This document shows, piece after piece, positions 42,228 through 47,098 of a stretch of 47,098 bases of DNA. Numbering within the stretch: the stretch's first letter is position 1; each line of letters opens with the position of its first letter. Under the pieces are notes generated by a model. That model was not told the origin of the DNA, did not search any database, and saw only the letters and a program-made list of their open reading frames with translations. Location: positions 1-47,098 of IMG/VR virus record IMGVR_UViG_3300037751_000128. One strand, 5' to 3'. Both the position numbers and the translations under genes were made by a program. The DNA is from a virus. Lineage: Duplodnaviria; Caudoviricetes.

Positions 42228-43618
42228 AGCTAGCTGGGGAGGTAATCAAAGAGGGGAGATACGAGGAGGGTATCAAGCTAGCCGGAGACGCTCTAAGCAT
42301 CGACTTCCTGAATGCGGAGGCGTTGTTCTACATCGGCTATGCGCTGATGAAGACGCAGAGGTTTGGCCTCGCGTACAACCTCTTCCGAAGGGCTGCGCAG
42401 CTAAACCAGTCAAAACCTGAGCTGTGGAACAACATGGGCATGTGTCATCAGGAGACGTGGGATCTTGATGCTGCAGAGGCTTGCTTTAAAGAAGCTCTGA
42501 AGAAAAACCCAGACTACTACCAAGCGCTGGAGAACCTAGCCCTTATAAGCGTGAACAGGTGTCACCCTGAAGAAGCTTTGAAGTGGCTGGCGAGGGTAGA
42601 GAAGATCGGGAAGTCTAGTTGGGAGTCCAAGGATACCAAGGCCATGGCGCTTCTCATGAAGCGCGATTGGTCGGGGTGGAAGCTATACAGAGAGACTGTA
42701 GGAACGACTAAACAGAGGGAGATAAGGACCTATAACGACCCTGAAGAGCCGATGTGGAACGGCGAGCAAGGATCTGTAGTGGTGTATGGGAACCAGGGCA
42801 TAGGAGATGAAATAGCGTTTGCGTCCTGTATTCCCGATGCCTCGAATAAGGCAGACATCATCATAGATTGCGATGCGAGGTTGGAGGGTCTGTTCAAAAG
42901 GTCCTTCCCGGAAGCACGAGTCTACGGGACCAGATTCACCACTGAGAGGGAGTGGGATCACAAGATCGACTACTCCATTCCCTCTGATTGTCTTCCCTCA
43001 ATGTTCAGGGAGAAGGACGAGGACTTTCCCGGGACTGCGTTTCTAAAAGCCGATCCGGAGAGAAGGCTTCAGTGGCGGGCGTTGTTCGATACCTTCAAGA
43101 AGCCGGTAATAGGAATTGCCTGGAGCGGTGGCTTAAAGATTACTGGTAGCAACAAACGAAGCCTTCCGCTGGAGGCGTTTTTACCCTTGTTCAAGTCTAT
43201 AGACGCAACCTGGGTGAGTCTCGAATACAAGGACAAGTCTGAGGAGATTGAGGAGCTTGAACTGGAGCATGGGATCAAGATCCTCGATTATCCAAGGGCC
43301 ACGAGAGCACAGGATTACGACGATACCGCTGGCTTGGTGGCTGAGCTGGATCTTGTCGTATCGGTAACGACCGCAGTAGTTCATTTGTCCGGTGCTTTGG
43401 GTAAAGAGTGCTGGTGCGTCGCACCGGGGCGTCCACGTTTTTTTTACGGGGTGAAGGGCGACGATCTTCCGTGGTATCGGTCGATAAGAATGTTTCGCCA
43501 GGCCAAGGATGGAACGTGGCCTCTAGAAGAACTAACAACAAAGCTAAGGCTAAAGTATGGCGATCTCGACGTATGCGGAGCTACAAACCGCTTGCACGAA
43601 CTGGCTAGCTCGCGCTGA
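42182..43618 (+). CDS. TPR-repeat glycosyltransferase (GT9/heptosyltransferase-like GT-B domain)
   Basis: N-terminal TPRs; QGIGDEI, IGIAWSGG, DTAGLVAELDLVVSVTTAVVHLSGALGK, PWY.S.R.FRQ. Confidence 0.82.
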   Translation: MEISKNDKQDSLRKVKLAGEVIKEGRYEEGIKLAGDALSIDFLNAEALFYIGYALMKTQRFGLAYNLFRRAAQLNQSKPELWNNMGMCHQETWDLDAAEACFKEALKKNPDYYQALENLALISVNRCHPEEALKWLARVEKIGKSSWESKDTKAMALLMKRDWSGWKLYRETVGTTKQREIRTYNDPEEPMWNGEQGSVVVYGNQGIGDEIAFASCIPDASNKADIIIDCDARLEGLFKRSFPEARVYGTRFTTEREWDHKIDYSIPSDCLPSMFREKDEDFPGTAFLKADPERRLQWRALFDTFKKPVIGIAWSGGLKITGSNKRSLPLEAFLPLFKSIDATWVSLEYKDKSEEIEELELEHGIKILDYPRATRAQDYDDTAGLVAELDLVVSVTTAVVHLSGALGKECWCVAPGRPRFFYGVKGDDLPWYRSIRMFRQAKDGTWPLEELTTKLRLKYGDLDVCGATNRLHELASSR

Positions 43619-44171
43619 CCTCTCCAGTCGGATTCCGGAATTTATCGCTCTAGCGGAGGACACGCTAAACAAGCGTCTCCGTATCAGAGCTATGGAACAA
43701 CGGTCCACGGCTGCGGTGAGCACGGAGTACGTTGCTCTGCCGACTGGGTTCCTGCAGATGCGCAATTTCCAGTTGAATACCAGTCCCAAGCAGACGCTAC
43801 GGTTCGTCACTCCTGAATATATAGATACCTTTCACGCTGGTTCGACCACGGGGAAACCGGTGATCTATACGTTCATCGGTGGAGAGATCCAACTAGCTCC
43901 AGCCCCTGATGGCTCCTACACAGCGGAGATGGACTTCTATAAGAAGTGGGACATCGCCACGGATTTAACCAACTGGCTTTTGACGAACGCCCCCAGTGCG
44001 TATCTCTACGGGAGCCTTTTGCAAGCAGAGCCTTTTCTGAAGAACGATAAGCGTATCGGTGTGTGGGAGAGACGGTTCGAGACATCGCTAAACGATATCG
44101 AGAATGCAGACAAGGGAGACAGGTGGAGCGGTAACTCCCTTGCGATCAGGGCGGATATCACACCGGTATGA
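43557..44171 (+). CDS. Head-tail adaptor/tail tubular protein
   Basis: MAISTYAELQ...IPEFI.LAE..LN.RLR, TNWLL..AP..YLYGSL. Confidence 0.75.
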   Translation: MAISTYAELQTACTNWLARADLSSRIPEFIALAEDTLNKRLRIRAMEQRSTAAVSTEYVALPTGFLQMRNFQLNTSPKQTLRFVTPEYIDTFHAGSTTGKPVIYTFIGGEIQLAPAPDGSYTAEMDFYKKWDIATDLTNWLLTNAPSAYLYGSLLQAEPFLKNDKRIGVWERRFETSLNDIENADKGDRWSGNSLAIRADITPV

Positions 44172-44326
44172 CCTGGGTTGATGTAGATGCCGTCTCTACC
44201 TCCTGGGCAGAGATCAGTTCTTATGTCGTGGATGGTTACGTGGCGGAAGGCTACGTAACAGGCGACAAACTATCTGGTAATTGGGCCGCTGAAGGCTCAG
44301 ATTCAACTACCTGGGTGGACGAGTAA
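44168..44326 (+). CDS. Small acidic tail-region protein (52 aa)
   Basis: ATGA and TAATG coupling; below cutoff. Confidence 0.5.
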   Translation: MTWVDVDAVSTSWAEISSYVVDGYVAEGYVTGDKLSGNWAAEGSDSTTWVDE

Positions 44327-45810
44327 TGGACGTTGGCTTTCTGGGTCTATTGCCTGATGAAGATCCGACTAAACCGGGAGTCTTCACGTCATGCTCTGTG
44401 GTCATTCCCACTTTACGAGGATTCAAGGCAGCCCCATCTCCCAGGGCGTCGGGGTTGGATGCTCTAGCTGCGGCTTGTAAGGGTGCGGTTGCTATCGAGA
44501 AGCTTGACAAGTCACACCGGATTTTCGCAGGGACGACAACCAAGATTTATGAGAATGCGTCCGGTACCACATGGACCGACCGCACGAGGGCTTCAGGCGG
44601 AGACTATGGACTGGCTGTTGATACTCGCTGGAGGTTCGCGCAGTTTGGAGATGTAACTCTAGCGGCTGCCAAGTCGGACATTCTCCAGTCCTCTACTACA
44701 GGCGCCTTTGCGAATGTCGGGGCGAGCATCCCGATGTTCGGGGTCATAGAGACTGTAGGCCAGTTCGTAATTGCAGGGAATGTATCCGACCAGGGAGGGT
44801 TGGAGGATTCCGCAGATTCTCCCGACAGGGTCTGGTGGTGTGCCAAAGGCGATCACACAAACTGGACCCCGGATATAGACCTTGAGTGCGGGACGATAAG
44901 ACTTACAAGTACTCCCGGAAAGATCGTCGGGCTCAAGAGATTTGGCGAGAGGATTGTTGCCTACAAAGCAAAGGCGGTATACGAAGGCATTTATCAGGGT
45001 GGTGCTCAAGCCTGGGACTTTAGAGAACTCCCTGGGAATGTAGGGGCCGCGTCTCACGAGTCGATTGTCGATGTTGGGACCCCTGATAACCCAAGACATA
45101 TTTTCATGGGGTTTGACGACTTCTACAGCTTCGATGGATCTCGACCCGTTCCGTTGGGGCTTAACAAGATCAAGATTTCAGTCTTCTCCGAGTTAAACAA
45201 GAAGAGAGCTGAGCAGTGTACGTCTCTGCATGACCGCATAAACGGGGTGATCTACTTCTACTATCCCGTTGCAGATACGGTCGATCCAGCGAAGTGCGTT
45301 GTCTATAACTACAGAGCTAATACCTGGGGGAGAGACGACAGGACCATAGAGGCGGTGCTTGACTATATAACTGCCGGGACGGCGTATGACGACCTTGGAG
45401 GTCTTTACACTACCTACGCAGATTTTCCTGAGTTCTCCTATGACACCGCTTTTCTTCTGGACAGCTTCCCGAGGATTGCAATCTTCAATACCTCGCATGC
45501 CCTACAGACTTTAGACGGGACTCCTGAGACTTCAAGCTTTACGACTGGCGACTATGGGGACGATGCTAATTTCGTCTACTTCTCCAGGGCTAAGTTTCGG
45601 TTCTTCACCAAACCGACTTCAGCGACGATGCAGAACTTCTTCCGGGATGATCTTGGTGAAGACCTGACGACAGGCGTTACGACCTCTATGTCGAGCAACA
45701 GGTTCGATGTAAGGCGTGAGTCTAGGTGGCACCGCATGACGTTCGAGTTCTCAGGGGCGTGGGAGTCTCCCGGGATGGTGCTTGATATGGAAAGACAGGG
45801 AAGTGAGTAA
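44326..45810 (+). CDS. Tail nozzle/stabilisation protein (P22 gp10-like)
   Basis: Beta-propeller-like; follows the adaptor; VYNY...W motif. Confidence 0.7.
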   Translation: MDVGFLGLLPDEDPTKPGVFTSCSVVIPTLRGFKAAPSPRASGLDALAAACKGAVAIEKLDKSHRIFAGTTTKIYENASGTTWTDRTRASGGDYGLAVDTRWRFAQFGDVTLAAAKSDILQSSTTGAFANVGASIPMFGVIETVGQFVIAGNVSDQGGLEDSADSPDRVWWCAKGDHTNWTPDIDLECGTIRLTSTPGKIVGLKRFGERIVAYKAKAVYEGIYQGGAQAWDFRELPGNVGAASHESIVDVGTPDNPRHIFMGFDDFYSFDGSRPVPLGLNKIKISVFSELNKKRAEQCTSLHDRINGVIYFYYPVADTVDPAKCVVYNYRANTWGRDDRTIEAVLDYITAGTAYDDLGGLYTTYADFPEFSYDTAFLLDSFPRIAIFNTSHALQTLDGTPETSSFTTGDYGDDANFVYFSRAKFRFFTKPTSATMQNFFRDDLGEDLTTGVTTSMSSNRFDVRRESRWHRMTFEFSGAWESPGMVLDMERQGSE

Positions 45811-46099
45811 GGTCGGGATTACGTGGAAAGTCCCAAGGACTTATAACCCGGAGAGGATGGAGGAGCTGTTCAAGCAGTTGGAAGAACAGGTCAATGCGTT
45901 ATCCGAGGGGAAGATCACCGCTCGATATACCTCCAGGAGCGCAACCCCGACTGGGACGGGTTTTGCCAAGGGTGATTTCGTAATCAACTCCGAACCTGCA
46001 GAGCTTGGAACGACAGGCGGGAAGTATGTTGTCGGCGGGTGGATCTGTACAAGTTCAGGCGGACAGTTCGTAGAGTCACGGTGGTTGACAGGTAACTAA
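45803..46099 (+). CDS. Hypothetical tail protein
   Basis: GTG start overlapping the nozzle gene. Confidence 0.55.
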   Translation: MSKVGITWKVPRTYNPERMEELFKQLEEQVNALSEGKITARYTSRSATPTGTGFAKGDFVINSEPAELGTTGGKYVVGGWICTSSGGQFVESRWLTGN

Positions 46100-46123
46100 C
46101 AAGATCCCTGGAAAGGGGACGAT

Positions 46124-46822
46124 ATGGCACTAAATCCAATGTTGATTGGCGGGCTCGCCGGCGGGCTGTTGGGTGGGCTGGGTGGCTCCAAGCAAGCCGG
46201 AACTACCACAGTAACCAATGACGTTCCGGAGTGGTTGCGCCCATATGTCACCGGGCTTCTGGACCAAGCGCAGCCTCTCTTTAACCAGCAGGCGCAGGCA
46301 GGTCCTAGCCCCGTTGCTGGAGCAGCTCAGGGCGAGATGCTTAAAACCATCGGCGGCAACTATCTAGACCCGCGCACCAATCCGTACCTTCAAGAGACAT
46401 TCCAGCAGGGCGCGAATCAGATCCGGGGTGCGCTCTCCCCTTCGTTCGGCCATATGCAGGCGTTCGGAGGTAACTCAGGCGCCAACCAAGCATTAGGCCG
46501 TTCGCTGGGTAACTTCGCCACCAATCTCTACGGTGGTAACTACGGCCAGGAGAGGGATAGGCAATTTGGCGCGACGATGGGCGGGCCTGGGTTTGCGAGC
46601 GGGCAGACTGAATCCGCCTTTGCTCCGTTCAACCAATACTCAAACCTGTTGAGGGGTTGGGGATCTCAACAAACACAACCGTATTTCGACAATAAGACTG
46701 GGAACATGCTTGGTGGCGCTGTCACGGGCGCGACGATGGGCCGCATGTTTGGTGGCGGAGGCGGAGCCGGGCTGAATCTGACCGGGCTTAGCTTGCCACG
46801 CGGATTTACTGGGATGTTCTAG
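46124..46822 (+). CDS. DNA ejection/pilot protein
   Basis: Gly-rich hydrophobic termini, NPYL motif, Q/G/N-rich. Confidence 0.65.
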   Translation: MALNPMLIGGLAGGLLGGLGGSKQAGTTTVTNDVPEWLRPYVTGLLDQAQPLFNQQAQAGPSPVAGAAQGEMLKTIGGNYLDPRTNPYLQETFQQGANQIRGALSPSFGHMQAFGGNSGANQALGRSLGNFATNLYGGNYGQERDRQFGATMGGPGFASGQTESAFAPFNQYSNLLRGWGSQQTQPYFDNKTGNMLGGAVTGATMGRMFGGGGGAGLNLTGLSLPRGFTGMF

Positions 46823-46830
46823 GAGCAAAA

Positions 46831-47098
46831 ATGGCTAACGGCGTCCTTAGTGGACTTCCTAACGGGATTCTAGATCCCGCCAACATGGCGCTTCTGCAGA
46901 CTGGTCTGGGCATGATGGCTGGCAGTGGACCATCGCGCATGCCGCAGTCAGTTGGGAATATCTTCGGTCAGGCCGGGCAACAAGGGCTCCAGGCCGGCAT
47001 GCAGGCGCAGCAACTCCAGAATCAAACTAGCCTACAGGGGATTCAGTCGCAACTCTACCAAGCGCAGGTAGCAAAGCTTAATGCTGAACAAGAAGCTG
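46831..47098 (+). CDS. 5' part of the origin-spanning ejection protein (continues at 1..1188)
   Basis: MANGVLSGLPNGILDPANMALLQTGLGMMAGSG... with no stop before the window end. Confidence 0.75.
   Translation, partial: MANGVLSGLPNGILDPANMALLQTGLGMMAGSGPSRMPQSVGNIFGQAGQQGLQAGMQAQQLQNQTSLQGIQSQLYQAQVAKLNAEQEA
46972..47098. repeat. Terminal direct repeat copy of 1-127
   Basis: Exact match. Confidence 0.95.

Noticed and set aside
24338-46828. Numerous minus-strand ORFs across the late operon
   Set aside because: They lie opposite well-supported genes and show no recognisable motifs.
46972-47098. Biological terminal repeat
   Set aside because: 127 bp equals a common assembler k-mer and falls mid-gene; best explained as circular overlap.
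1-47098. CRISPR array, diversity-generating retroelement, retron or IS element
   Set aside because: No regular repeat-spacer array, reverse transcriptase or transposase seen; the long repeats are exact, without adenine-specific mismatches.
1-47098. Stop-codon reassignment
   Set aside because: Core genes are intact in the standard code, all three stops are used and no suppressor anticodon is present.

Overview
The window is a complete, circularly assembled genome of a temperate tailed phage with podovirus-type (P22/SU10-like) structural genes. The unit length is 46,971 bp: bases 46972-47098 repeat bases 1-127, most likely an assembler overlap. Gene order: DNA-ejection proteins (one spans the origin), two tail fibres, a lysis region interrupted by an antisense tRNA cluster, a leftward early arm of small mosaic genes (ERF recombinase, SSB-like), a cI/cro switch with four 17-bp operators, xis-int placed inside the rightward early operon, replication/methylase/Nin-like genes, a Q-like regulator and late promoter, terminase, portal, scaffold, DUF5309-type capsid and tail genes. 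The standout feature is a ~7 kb sugar-nucleotide biosynthesis and transfer cluster between terminase and portal: HldE-like kinase, GmhA-like isomerase, ThDP E1 alpha/beta pair, radical SAM, Rossmann-fold enzyme, 2OG-Fe(II) dioxygenase, nucleotidyltransferase, two glycosyltransferases and a methyltransferase. A methyltransferase-DUF115 fusion follows the portal and a TPR-GT9-like transferase follows the capsid gene. I infer a self-contained virion glycosylation system using a tailored heptose-like sugar. Also notable: four atypical tRNAs (an 8/4 tRNA-Ser, two with C33, a degenerate CAT tRNA), a cuckoo-like anti-Shine-Dalgarno RNA and recurrent cassette-boundary repeats. All protein calls come from motif recognition by eye, with no database search.
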